Source: Chiloscyllium plagiosum (taxonomy: Eukaryota). From it: a stretch of DNA of 64,000 bases. Where the stretch lies: assembly GCF_004010195.1 (NCBI RefSeq), contig NC_057758.1, positions 8,765,918 to 8,829,917 of the forward strand. The letters are read 5' to 3'. Shown here one piece after another: positions 47,620 to 61,139 of this stretch (the first letter of the stretch is position 1; each line of letters opens with the position of its first letter). The notes under the pieces were generated by a model. The model was not told the origin of the DNA. It saw only the letters and a program-made list of their open reading frames with translations, and ran no database searches. The position numbers and the translations under genes are program-made.

Positions 47620-50600
47620 TGATGTCGGTTGTTGTAGTTGTGGACACGATCGCCGAGATTGAAATTTGATTTGCAGACGTTTCATCCCCAGACTAGGTGA
47701 CGTCTGCATTGCTTTGCTGTACTGTGTTTTCTAAAAATTGTTTGGTTCCATTCCTAATGCTTCCAATTGCCAGTTCCAGTCGTTCCTTGTAGTCACCCAT
47801 GGATTGAGTTCAGGTCTATGTCTGGTGATGGAATCCGTGGAAGAGTGACATGCTTTTAGAAAGTATGCCACATCCCACTGTTTTTCATCTCCTATAACTG
47901 TTGAGTTGTCCCACTCGAATTTGTGACCCTTGTCCCTGTGTGATTGGCTATCTGGGACATCTGGCTTTTACTGACCACTTGGTGTTCGTGGATGCAGATT
48001 GCTAATTGTCTGCCTGATTGTCCGTCATCGGATGTTTGCAGTCTTCGTATATCATATTGTAAATTACGTTTGTTTTGCACAAGATGGGTTTAGATTATTT
48101 TCTCCTGGTGAGTTGTTGGTTGAGCGTGGATGTCAGTGTCTGGGCTGTCATGAATCCCAGTAGTCGGCAAAATCCAATTATCAGTTCTGAAGTTTTTTTA
48201 TGTGAGGTCGAGTAGCTACTGATTTAGGTTGTGGCATGTCTTTGTCGTGTTGTCTGTTAGACATCTGCGAATATAGTTGTGGGATATCCGCTTTTGGTGA
48301 ATACTCTGTGGAGGTGTTCTTCATCTTCTCTTCGTCGGTTGGGAGTGCTGCAGTGTGATGCAGCCCTTTTGAACAGTGTCCCCATGCAACTTCTGTTCTC
48401 TGTGTTTATGTTGTTGCTGTTGGAGTCCTGTGCCTGGTCGCTGAGCGTGGCTTTGCTATACCCTTGTGTGGTGAATTCACCGTTTTGTGTTCTTTCAACA
48501 ACAACATCTCGAAATGGGAGTTGATTGTTGGCCTCCTCCGCAATCGGAAACCTGATTCTGTGACCATGGTATTGAAAAGTTGGCGTGCGTTCGCAATTTC
48601 TTTTGTTTTAATGAGAACAGAAGTGTTGTTCACATATCTGACGCAGAGCTTGGGTTGCTTTTGTGGGAAGGTTGTTTGTTCCAGTCTTTGAATCACTGCT
48701 TCTGCTATGAGGCCAGAGGTGGGTGCGCCTGTAGGATATTCCATTGATCTGTTATTACGTATGGGTCGAGAGTGTGATGCTGGAAAGGCACAGCAGGGTA
48801 GACAGCATCTGACGAGCAGGAAATCGATGATTCAGGCAAAAGGCCACCATTGGGAAAGTTTAAGGGTGTTTGTACGAAACGTCAATTTTCCTTCATTTTG
48901 GGTACTGCTGGACCTGCTGTGCTTTTCCAGCCCTACACACTCGACTATAATCTCCAGCATCTGCAGTCTTTCCTTTCGCCTTGTTCATGCATGTGGTTGT
49001 TGAATGTGGAGTGTGTCGTCAAGCACAGGGCTAGTATTTTAAGTATTCCATCCTTGTTGATAGAGTCCCCATTATTTTGTCCGTTCTGCTAATCCTGGAG
49101 ATTGTCCATTGCCTCTCTGGTTTGAGCTTTGTCAATTAAAGTGAAAAGTGCCATTATGTCAAATAAGACTATTGCTTCGTCCTTGTCTATCATTACGTTC
49201 TTGATGTTATATCGGAATCCCTGTCATGATTCTATGGATTGCTTGGATCCGCAGATGACATGTTTTAGGTTTTGTTCAAGTTCTTTCGCCAGGTTACACA
49301 ATGGAGTTCCAGTCAGTGCCAAAATGTATCGAAATGTTATGTCTGGTTCGTGTACTTTTGGTACTCCATAAAATATTGTGGTGTGGTTGCTTCTTGGTTT
49401 CATCCTTAGAAGTCAGTACTGATTATTTGTCCATTTATTGCAGGTTCTGTCGAATGTTGTTAATTTTATTGCTTCGCAGAAGCGTGGGGGTCACACTGGT
49501 TCTGTAGGTAGATGGTCCTAGCAGCAAGTAGTTCCTCTGCTTTTTGAATATGTTCGGCCTTTTCCAAAATAACCGTCATTCTGCCCTTGTCTGCTGGTGC
49601 TATGCTTCTGTCGTTGTTAATTTTGAGTATTTTTAGGGCTTCTCGCTATGTGGTGTTGCCGTTGTTCATTCATCTTTTCCTTTTTCGTCAGGGTATAATA
49701 GTTTATCCAACTGTTTGCTGTTTCTTTTCGGTTCGTCTGTTAGTTCTGAATGTGTATACTTGTGCACCTAGAAAGTATGTTCTATTTATCTATGTGGTTG
49801 TTGAATGTGGAGTGTGTCGTCAAGCACAGGGCTAGTAATTTAAGTATTCCATCCTTGTTGATAGAGTCCCCATTATTTTGTCCGTTCTGCTAATCCTGGA
49901 GATTGTCCATTGCCTCTCTGGTTTGAGCTTTGTCAATTAAAGTGAAAAGTGCCATTATGTCAAATAAGACTATTGCTTCGTCCTTGTCTATCATGACGTT
50001 CATGATGTTATATCGGAATCCCTATCATGATTCTATGGATTGCTTGGATCCGCAGATGACATGTTTTAGGTTTTGTTCAAGTTCTTTCGCCAGGTTACAC
50101 AATGGAGTTCCAGTCAGTGCCAAAATGTATCGAAATGTTATGTCTGGTTCGTGTACTTTTGGTACTCCATAAAATATTGTGGTGTGGTTGCTTCTTGGTT
50201 TCATCCTTAGAAGTCAGTACTGATTATTTGTCCATTTATTGCAGGTTCTGTCGAATGTTGTTAATTTTATTGCTTCGCAGAAGCGTGGGGGTCACACTGG
50301 TTCTGTAGGTAGATGGTCCTTACAGCAAGTAGTTTCTCTGCTTTTTGAATATGTTCGGCCTTTTCCAAAATAACCGTCATTCTGCCCTTGTCTGCTGGTG
50401 CTATGCTTCTGTCGTTGTTAATTTTGAGTATTTTTAGGGCTTCTCGCTATGTGGTGTTGCCGTTGTTCATTCATCTTTTCCTTTTTCGTCAGGGTATAAT
50501 AGTTTATCCAACTGTTTGCTGTTTCTTTTTGGTCAGTCTGTTAGTTCTGAATGTATATACTTGTGCACCTAGAAAGTATGTTCTATTTATCTGCCTGTAG

Positions 50601-50930
50601 TTGTGGTTGAGCCCCTTGGCTAGTATGGATTTTTCCTGTGTATGTAACCTGTCTGTTCGAGTGGTTCCTTCGCCAAGTGTTTGTCGTGTTGTCTTGGCTG
50701 CTGTTGGTTAGCTTCGACATGTTTTCTGGTAGTGCCGTTCTCTTTCTGTGTGAAGCTCGATTTTGTCCTCTGGCGATGACCTATTTGACTGTCATGGTCT
50801 ACTTCCGATTGATTGTTTTTCAAAATCGGAATTATTGGCATGCAGTGAATTGTCTGTACCTGCATGGTTTGTTTTGGACGTCCGTTATCATAACATGGTT
50901 AATCTTCAGACGGTTTCTTTTCTGAGTGTT
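47620..50930 (-). mobile_element. Penelope-like (Poseidon-type) RT + GIY-YIG element, long but degenerate (copy ~56580-59065)
   Basis: IDKDE.IVLFDIMALFTLI, GAPTSGLIAEAVIQRLE...RYVNNT (YVDD), GQSGRQLAICIHEHQ. It is interrupted by an inverted pseudo-LTR insert at ~48765-48980. Confidence 0.9.
48991..50592. repeat. 801-bp internal tandem duplication, present only in unit 1
   Basis: atgtggttgttgaatgtggag occurs at 48991 and 49792. The duplicated ORFs are offset by 801. Confidence 0.97.
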
Positions 50931-50954
50931 GCCCTGGTAGGAAAACGAGGACTG

Positions 50955-52135
50955 TATTCTCAAAGTGCTAGACCTATGCTTGACGACACATTCAAAAACC
51001 AAATACATGAACAGATCTCTGGAGCATCTCTGGGTTCAATTATCAAGGTTTATAACAGAAACAGTATTGCAATGACAGGAGCAGAAACTCATACACATCC
51101 AGCCCAAACTCCCGATCAGATACGTGGACGACGCTTCTATCATAATGAGAACAGAAATCGAAAGCACACGCTGAATTCTTGACACCATGGTCATAGGGTT
51201 TAGATTTACGAGAAAGGGGGAAGAAACAATAACGCTCTATTAGATATGATCGCAGCAGCATTACAAAACGTTGATAGCAATGCAAACGTGTACCGGAAAG
51301 CCACAATCTTCAACTAGATCCTGAATGACAAAAGCAACGAACGAAACACACACAAGAGGCACTGCAATAGGACCCTGGTCAAAAGACCTACTACACATAG
51401 CAGAACTCCCGACGTACAAAGGGAAGATGAAGAACACCTCTACAGACTTTTTGCCAAGAACAGATATCCCGGCAATTTCATCTGCAGATACCCAACAAGC
51501 AAACAACGCGAAGAGGACATGCCACGAGTTCGCCAACTCGTCTGAGAAGTTTTACATATTTAGCCTTTCACAAACTTCTCTGAGCACTGCGATTCATGAC
51601 GCCCACAAACCAAGAAGCACATTCAGACAAAGACTCATGCAAACAAAATGATGTATACCCAACATGTGCAAGAGAAATACAATTTACAAGATTCCATGGA
51701 AAAGCTGCACGCAACAATGTAGAGGACAACAGGCAGATAGCTAGCTGTCCACCGTCATGAACAAAAACTCTCTATTATAAGCCACGTCCAGCAGATCCCA
51801 GTAGCCACGCACACAGATGACAGGAACAAAATTTCGAGTGGGACAACATAATTATAATATGACAAGCTACACAGGCGACAGCCAGGCAATTCTTAGAAGA
51901 ATGGTATTCATCCATGGACTACATCAGCAAACTCATAGTCCCAAACCCAATAAACCGGCAAAAACAATGAACTCCTTCAACCAGCAACCGGAAACAAAGA
52001 AACGGAACCAAATCCATTGCTGAAGACACAGTAAAGTAGCACTTTGTGGAAGGCTCATAAGTACTGAAGATGTCCTTGGACAGGGGAAAAAGACGTCTGC
52101 AAATCAACTTTCCGTTTTGCAATCATACCTACACT
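50955..52135 (+). mobile_element. Penelope-like (Poseidon-type) 5'-truncated copy, opposite orientation (copy ~59095-60240)
   Basis: LKVLDLCLT, IQPKLPIRYVDDASII, AHKPRSTFRQRLM, IYKIPWKSC. Confidence 0.85.
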
Positions 52136-55100
52136 TATGACAGTGGTCGATAGTGAATCTGAAGTAGTTACACATATAGTTATGTCCGAAAAATATCAGT
52201 AAAAGCATTAGAGAAGCAGATTCCAAAAATAAAATTCAGAACACACCAGTCTCAGCCATTAAAAAAATTGCCCCAATATCATGGCAGATAGAACTGAGAC
52301 ATCGGTACAGAGACTGGCAGGCATAGGAGTGCACGTAAAATGAAAAGATCTTAAGACACCTCGGGATAACGATAAGGGTGCCCACTGAATACGATAAAGC
52401 AAAAAAACCTGCTCAGATTTCGTCAGCTGAAGAATTCTAATATTGTGGCTAACGTCATACCTTTGTTGGCACTGATATTGAAACCATAAGGTAAACTCAA
52501 TTTACTTTGTATTTTGACATGGGTAATGAATTTACAAGGTGCGTAAGTGACAGATAAATGTCTAACTGATTAACGTTTAATAGATTGCAACTGGCAAATA
52601 TCTATGAATAAACTGTTAAAAGTGAGAACTGTAGATGCTGGGAACCAGAGTCTAGAATAGAGTGGAGCTGCAAAAGCACAATATCTCAGGCAGCATCCTA
52701 GGAACAAGAGAAATTCCTCTTGAATCCAGTCTGCTTTACAAAAACCTTCAAAAACGAAAATGAAAGGGTCTGTTAAACATCATGATGCCATTAATGACTG
52801 GGAGTTGATCACAAGCCTGTCCATTCCTTGCTGTACAGTCATCAGCTTAGCTTAATTTAGAAATGAATGGAATTAATTTTCAATTTTGTCGGTGTGTAAA
52901 TGCTGAAGACATTGGTTCGGACAGGTTTCGACCATTGCGTGCATTTCTGATCTCGCTCCTACTGTAAGAATGTTGTGAAACCTGAAGAGTTAAGTGAAGA
53001 TTTACAGGTGATTTGCCAGGATTGCAGTGTTTGAGCTACATGCAGAGACCAGATAAGCGGGTGCTGATTTCACTGGAGCTTTGGAAGCTGAGGGGAGATT
53101 TATAGAGTTTCAATAATCATGAGGAACATTGATAGGGTAAATAGTTAAGGCATTTTCCCTGGTCTGGGGGAGTTCAGAACAACAGGACACACTTGAACTA
53201 TGAGAAGGCAAATATTTAAAAGGGGCCTTTATGGTCTGCTTTTTTAAGGGGATTGCTTGTATGCAACGAGTTGCATGAGGAAGTGCTGTCGGCTGGCACA
53301 ATTCAAACATTTAAAAGATAGCTGGATGCACGTTTGGATAGAAAGGGATAACATGGATATAGCCCAAGTGCTGGCAAATGTGACGGGGTTAGTTTAGGAT
53401 ATTTGGACGGCATCGACGATTTCCATTCTGTACATCTCAATTAGCTGAAAATGTGTTGCTGGAAAAGCGCAGCAGGTCAGGCAGCATCCGAGCAGCTGGA
53501 GAATCGACGTTTCGGGCATGAACCCTTCTTCAGGGCATCTGAATTACTCTATAATGTCATTAAAAAATCAATCTTAATACGAAATTACTGTGACACAGTT
53601 GTCAAATTAAGAACTAACCTTCTGCCACTTCAACCTGAGAGATCAATCACCAGTCCTACTGATATATGAATGAACAAAATCTGCTCGAATTCCACTGATA
53701 AGATTGAAATTCATTCATTTTACCTTTATCAAAACATTAAATGAAAATTGTTTCGATTTTACAAACAACAGCATTCCATATTTTGTGATCTCTCATTGTC
53801 ACTCTTTCCTTGATTTGTTCACTTTGTCAATTATCTGCATATGCACTTACATGTAAGACCGTTCCCATCGTGACTACCTGGTCAGGTCCACGCCCCCCTA
53901 CAACCCACCCTCCCATCCTGGCACCTTCCCCTGTCACCGCAGGAATTGCAAAACCTGCTCCCACACCTACTCCCTCACCTCCATCCAAGGCCCTAAATGA
54001 GTCTTCCACATCCATGAAAGTTTTACCTACCCATCCACTAATATCATTTATTGTATCCGTTGCTCCCGATGCGGTCTTCTCTACATTGGGGAGACTGGAC
54101 GCCCCCTAACAGAGAGCTTTAGGTAACATGACTGGGAGACTCGCACCAATAAACCACACCACCCTGTGACCAAACATTTCAACTCCCCCTCCCACTCTGC
54201 CGAGGACATGGAGGTCCTTGGCCTCCTTCACCGCCGCTCCCTCACCACCAGACGCCTGAAGGAAGAATGCCTCATCTTCTGCCTCGGAACACTTCAACCC
54301 CAGGGCATCAATGTGGACTTCAACAGTTTCCTCACTTCCCCTTACTCCACCTCACCCCAGTTCCAAACTTCCAGCTCAGCACTGTCCCCATGACTTGTCC
54401 TACCTGCCTATCTCCTTTTCCACCTATCCACTCTACCCTCCCCCCGACCTATCACATTCATCCCCTCCCCCATTCACCTCTTGTATTCTATGCTATCTTC
54501 TCCCCACCCCCATCCTCCTCTCACTTAACTCGCCATACTTCAGGATCTTTTCCTGTATTTCTGATGAAGGGCTTTTTGCCCGTAACGTCGATTTTACTGC
54601 TCCTCGGATGCTACCTGAACTGCTGTGCTCTTCCAGCACCACTAATCCAGAATCTGGTTTCCAGCATCTGCAGTTCATTCTTTTTACCTACCAAAAATTT
54701 ACTGTCTCAGGTGTGACCACGTCTGTTTACAATGTGTCCAAGCTGTCATTTTATTTAGCATGGTCATGTCACAATATTTATTACTTTATCTTCTCTCAGA
54801 ATGCATTGGCAATTTGTATTGCCGAGGACCATTTGCTCAAGAGCCACAATTAATATTTCTCATTAATATTTTCGGAGATTTGAAATCGAGGAAATGGTTT
54901 AAATATCAACATTTTTTAAAGAAATATTTGGAGGGTTCGGGAATATATCAGGCAGCGAACGGTCAGATTGGGACAAATTTAGTTTTATTTTGAAATTACA
55001 AAGTTTTCAATTCATCAAAATGCATCAGTATTCCGATTTCTGAAGTATCTGCAGATTAGCAAGAGGTGATAATCAATGGTCGGGTTGATTCGGTCTTTTG

Positions 55101-55440
55101 AGATGGTAAACACATCAAAGACTCGAAGGTTCGAGGATGCACTTGGGGAATTGGGGTACAGTCGTGTATTTGGCAAGTCTACTGTGGAGTCACTTGTTCT
55201 TTGTTTTAATTTGTGTTGAAACTGTAAAAGTTCAAAAGTGGTATATCTGTTTAATGCTCTATTGCCAACTCTCACCGTAGCTTTCACAGAACGCGCTTCA
55301 ATCTCCAATACTAGACCAGAATTAGTGATATTCGTAGAGGTTGCTGAGCAATAGAAAATGTTCCAATCAGAGTTCAAGCTTTGCAGGACAATTCTTGTGA
55401 ATTCCCAAAATTATGAAAGCGTACCTTTCGAAACACTCCC

Positions 55441-55552
55441 GCTGACGTGAAGCAAATAGTATTTGCACAATGTTACTAAATCAAGAATTTCATGGCGCTG
55501 ACGTGAAGCAAATAGTATTTGCACAATGTTACTAAATCAAGAATTTCATGGC
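55441..55552. repeat. Perfect 56-bp tandem duplication, present only in unit 2
   Basis: gctgacgtgaagcaaatagtatttgcacaatgttactaaatcaagaatttcatggc occurs twice. Unit 1 has a single copy at ~46534. Confidence 0.97.
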
Positions 55553-58500
55553 ATCAATTATTGCCCCCAACCCTCCCATCCCCGATTAAAATTCAAAATG
55601 TTCTGTTGGTGACGCGTTTTGATTCAAATAGCTTGAATTGTGCAGCTACATTTGATTTAAAAACAAATTCTCCATTGCTCATTCTGAAGCATGCATGGCA
55701 TTGTTCTTTACGGAAATGGACTAATTGCTGCATATAAAATCGGTTGTATTGAATGTCATTTTAATTCCTCAGCTGGACTTACCTAATTAAATATAATCAG
55801 CTTTGTCAGAAAGAAAATGCTATATCCAATAGTCTTTCAGACTCAAATGAACACGATTCAACTTCGCAAATTGTTATTTGGCATCAAACATCGTTTCTGA
55901 TCACTGAACGTCAACTGCTTTCATCTTATTCGTTGTTTTTTTCCTTCTGTTTCTGCATGTGGCTTTGTGAATTTGTTACCAGAGAGACAGAAACAAATCT
56001 CAGGATAAACTGCCCCTAACTCCAAAGTTGCCTAAAATTCCTCTGACTTTTCAAACAGAGAAGGAAAGAAAATCTCATCCGTGATCCAAATGTACCATTA
56101 TCAAATATAATCAAAATTTTCAGAACAGAGAATTTCTTGAAATCACCAAACACCGCTTCAAAACATTTTGTTGGACTCTGCAATTACAGAATCATAATGA
56201 AACATTGCTCTCTCACCATGCTCTCTACATATTTGAAGAATTACTGAAAAAATTATCCTTACCTGAATAGCACAAAATAATCTACGGATGTCATGACGTT
56301 TGCAGCACAACAGTAGATAAGGAGCTTTGGAAGATATTTGCTTCATTTTACCTGCGCATGTTAGAACGTTTGTAGCTCTGTTAACACAAGAAAACAGAAC
56401 TTAGACAGAATGAGCAACTGTTGTTAATTTGGCAAAAGATATAGATAAGCACAATTCACTCTCTACTTAATTTGTGAAACTCTCTTTAAGCATTGAATCA
56501 ATCTATTATAAAACTAAATGTGAGTGCTACTTTATATCATACAATAATCAAGGAGATTCAATCTTGCACACAGGTCTTTAACTCTGATGTCGGTTGTTGT
56601 AGTTGTAGACATGATCGCCGAGATTGGAATTTGATTTGCAGACGTTTCATCCCCAGACTAGGTGAAGTCTTCATTGCTTTGCTGTACTGTGTTTTCTAAA
56701 AATTGTTTGGTTCCGTTCCTAATGCTTCCAATTGCCAGTTCCAGTCGTTCCTTGTAGTGCCCGATGGATTGGGTTCAGGTCTATGTTTGGTGATGGAGTC
56801 CGTGGAAGAGTGACATGCTTTTAGAAAGTATGCCACATCTCTCTGTTTTTCATCTCCTATAACTGTTGAGTTGTCCCACTCGAATTTGTGACCCTTGTCC
56901 CTGTGTGATTGGCTATCTGGGACATCTGGCTTTTACTGACCACTTGGTGTTCGTGGATGCAGATTGCTAATTGTCTGCCTGATTGTCTTTCATCGTATGA
57001 TTGCAGTCTTCGTATACCATATTGTAATTTACGTTTGTTTTGCACAAGATGGGTATAGATTCTTTTCTCCTGGTGAGTTGTAGGTTGAGCGTGGATGTTA
57101 GTGTCTGGACTGTCATGAATCCCAGTAGTCGGCAAAATCTGATTATCAGTTCTGAAGTATTTTATGTGAGGTAGAGTAGCTACTGATTTAGGTTGTGGCA
57201 TGTCTTTGTCGTGTTGTCTGTTAGACATCTGCGAATATAGTTGTGGGATATCCGCTTTTGGTGAATACTCTGTGGAGGTGTTCTTCATCTTCCCTTCGTC
57301 GGTTGGGAGTGCTGCAGTGTGATGCAGCCCTTTTGAACAGTGTCCCCATGCAACTTCTATTCTCTGTGTTGATGTTGTAGCTGTTGGAGTCCAGGGCCTG
57401 GTCGCTGTGCGTGGCTTTGCTATGCCCTTGTGTGGTGAATTCACCGTTTTGTGTTCTTTCAACTACAACATCTCGAAATGGGAGTTGATTGTTGATCTTC
57501 TCCGCAATCGGAAACCTTATTCTGTGACCATGGTGTTGATAAGTTGGCGTGCGTTCGCAATTTCTTTTGTTGTAATGAGAACAGAAGTGTTGTTCACATA
57601 TCTGACCAGAGCTTGGGTTGCTTTTGTGGGAAGTTTGTTTGTTCCAGTCTTTGAATCACTGCTTCTGCTATGAGCCCAGAGGTGGGTGCGCCTGTAGGAT
57701 ATTCCCTTGATCTATTATTACATATGGGTCGAGAGAGTGATGCTGGAAAGGCACAGCAGGGTAGACAGCATCTGACGAGCAGGAAATCGATGATTCAGGC
57801 AAAAGGCCATCATTGGGAAAGATTAAGGGTGTTTGTACGAAGCGTCAATTTTCCTTCATTTTGGGTACTGATGGACCTGCTGTGCTTTTCCAGCCCTCCA
57901 GCATCTGCAGTCATCCCTTTCGCCTTGTTCATGCATGTGGTTGTTGAATGTGGAGTGTGTCGTCAAGCACAGGGCTAGTAATTTAAGTCTGCCATCCTTG
58001 TTGATAGAGTCCCCATAATTTTGTCCGTTCTGAAAATCCTGGAGATTGGCCATTGCGTCTCTGATTTGAGCTTTGTCAATTAAAGTGAACAGTGCCATTA
58101 TGTCAAATAAGACTATTGTTTCGTCCTTGTCTATCATTACGTTCTTGATGTTATATCGGAATCCCTGTCATGATTCTATGGATTGCTTGGATCCGCAGAT
58201 GACATGTTTTAGGTTTTGTTCAAGTTCTTTAGCCAGGTTGCACAATGGAGTTCCAGTCAGTGCCAAAATATATCGAAATGGTATGTATGGTTTGTGAACT
58301 TTTGGTACTCCGTAAAATATTGTGGTGTTGTTGCTTCTTGGTTTCATCCTTAGAAGTCAGTATTGATTATTTGTCCATTTATTGGAGGTCCTGTCGAATG
58401 TTGTTAATTTTATTGATTCGCAGAAGCGTGGGGTCACACTGGTTCTGTAGGTAGATGGTCCTAGCAGCAAGTAGTTCCTCTGCTTTTTGAATATGTTCGG

Positions 58501-61139
58501 CCTTTTCCAAAATAACCGTCATTCTGCTCTTGTCTGCTGGTGCTATGCTTCTATCCTTGTTAATTTTGAGTATTTTTAGGGCTTCTCTCTATGTGGTGTT
58601 GCCGTTGTTCATTCATCTTTTCCTTTTTCGTCAGGGTATAATAGTTTATCCAACTGTTTGCTGTTTCTTTTCGGTCAGTCTGTTAGTTCTGAATGTATAC
58701 ACTTGTGCACCTAGAAAGTATGTTCTATTTATCTTCTGTAGTTGTGGTTGAGCCCTTTGGCTAGTATGGATTTTTCCTGTGTATGTGACCTGTCTGTTCG
58801 AGTGGTTCCTTCGCCAAGTGTTTGTCGTGTTGTCTTAGCTGCTGTTGGTTAGCTTCGACATTTTTTCTGGTAGTGCCGTTCTCTTTCTGTGTGAAGCTCG
58901 ATTTTGTCCTCCTGTGATGACCTATTTGACTGTCATGGTCCACTTCCGATTGATTATTTTTCAAAATCGGAATTATTGGCATGCAGTGAATTGTCTGTAC
59001 CTGCATGGTTTGTTTTGAACGTCCGTTATCATAACATGGTTAATCTTGAGACCGTTTTGTCTGAGTGTTGCCCTGGTAGGAAAACGAGGACTGCATACTC
59101 AAAGTGCTAGACCTATGCTTGACGACACATTCAAAAACCAAACACATGAACAGATCTCTGGAGCATCTCTGGGTTCAATTATCAAGGTTTATAACAGAAA
59201 CAGTATTGCAATGACAGGAGCAGAAACTCATACACATCTAGCCCAAACTCCCGATCAGATACGTGGACGACGCTTCTATCATAATGAGGACAGAAATCGA
59301 GAGCACACGCTGAATTATTGACACCATGCTCATAGGGTTTAGATTTACGAGAAAGGGGGAAGAAACAATAACGCCCTATTAGATATGATCGCAGAAGCAT
59401 TACAAAACGTTGATAGCAATGCAAACGTGTGCCAGAAAGCCGCAATCATCAACTAGATCAAAAGCAAAGAACGGAGCACACACAAGAGGCACTGCAATTG
59501 GACCCTGGTCAAAAGACCTACTACACATAGCAGAACTCCCGACGTACAAAGGGAAGATGAAGAACACCTCTACAGTCTTTTTGCCAAGAACAGATATCCC
59601 GGCAATTTCATCTGCAGATACCCAACAAGCAAACAACGCGAAGAGGACATGCCACGAGTTCACTAACTCGTCTGAGAAGATTTACATATTTCGCCTTTCA
59701 CAAACTTCTCTGAGCACTGTGATTAATGACGCCCACAAACCGAGAAGCACATTCAGACAAAGACTCATGCGAACAAAATGATGTATACCCAACATGTGCA
59801 AGAGAAATAGAATTTACAAGATTCCATGGAAAAGCTGCACGCAACAATGTAGAGGAGAACAGGGAGATAGCTCGCAGTCCACCGCCATGAACAAAAACTC
59901 GCTAATATAAGCCACGTCCAGCAGATCCGAGTAGCCACGCACACAGATGACAGGAACAAAATTTCGAGTGAGACAGCATAATTATAATATGACAAGCTAC
60001 ACAGAGGACAGCCAGGGAATTCATAGAAGAATGGTATTCATCCACGGACTACATCAGCAAACACATAACCCCAAACCCAATAAACCGGCAATGACAATGA
60101 ACTACCGCAACCGGAAGCAAAGAAACGGAACCAAATACATTTCTGAAGACACAGTAAAGTAGCACTTTGTGGACGGCTCCTAAGTACTGGGGAAAAAGAC
60201 GTGTGCAAATCAACTTTCCGTTTTGCGAACATACCTACACTTATGACAGTGGTAGATAGTGAATCTGAAGTAGTTACACATAAAGTTATGTCCGAAAAAT
60301 ATCAATAAAAGCATGACAGAAGCAGATTCCAAGAATAAAATTCAGAACACACCAGTCTCAGCCATTAAAAAAAAAACTGCCCCACTATCATGGCAGATAG
60401 AACTGAGACATCGGTACAGAGACTGGCAGGCACAGGAGTCCACGAAAAATGAAAAGATCTTAAGACACCTCGGGATAACGATAAGGGTGTCCACTGAATA
60501 TGATAAAGAATAAAAACACCTGCTCAGATTTCGTCAGCTGAAGAATTCTATTATTGTGGCTAACCTCATAACTTTGTTGGTACTGATATTGCAACAATAA
60601 GGTAAACTCAATTTACTTTGTATTTTGACATGGGTAATGAATTTACAAGGTGCGTAAGTGACAGATAAATGTCCAACTGATTAACATTTAATAGATTGCA
60701 GCTGGCAAATATCTATGAATAAACTGTTAAAAGTGAGAATTGCAGATGCTGGGAACCAGAGTCCAGAATAGAGTGGCGCTGCAAAAGCACAATATCTCAG
60801 GCAGCATCCTAGGAACAAGAAGAATTACCCTTGAATCCAGTCTGCTTTATAACAACACTCAAAAAGGAAAATGAAAGGGTCTGTTAAACATCATGAAGCC
60901 ATCAATGACTGAGAGTTGCTCATTAGCCTGTCCATTCCTTGCTGTACAGTCATCAGCTGATCTTAATTTAGAAATGAATGGAATTAATTTTCAATTTGTC
61001 GGTGTCTAAATGCTGAAGACTGTCTGACAGAGTTACATAAAATACATGTTTTCCTTTGTTTGGTGAAGTGTTGTGTTGATTTTCAGAGGGTTTCTCTCAC
61101 CAGTTTAAATGCAATTGTCGAAGCCTGAAAATGAAACTT

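Larger units (their letters stand above)
43994..61020. repeat. Tandem segmental duplication: unit 1 43994-52904, unit 2 52905-61014
   Basis: The units are colinear throughout with no gap. GAAGAC occurs at all three boundaries (43994, 52905, 61015). Confidence 0.97.
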
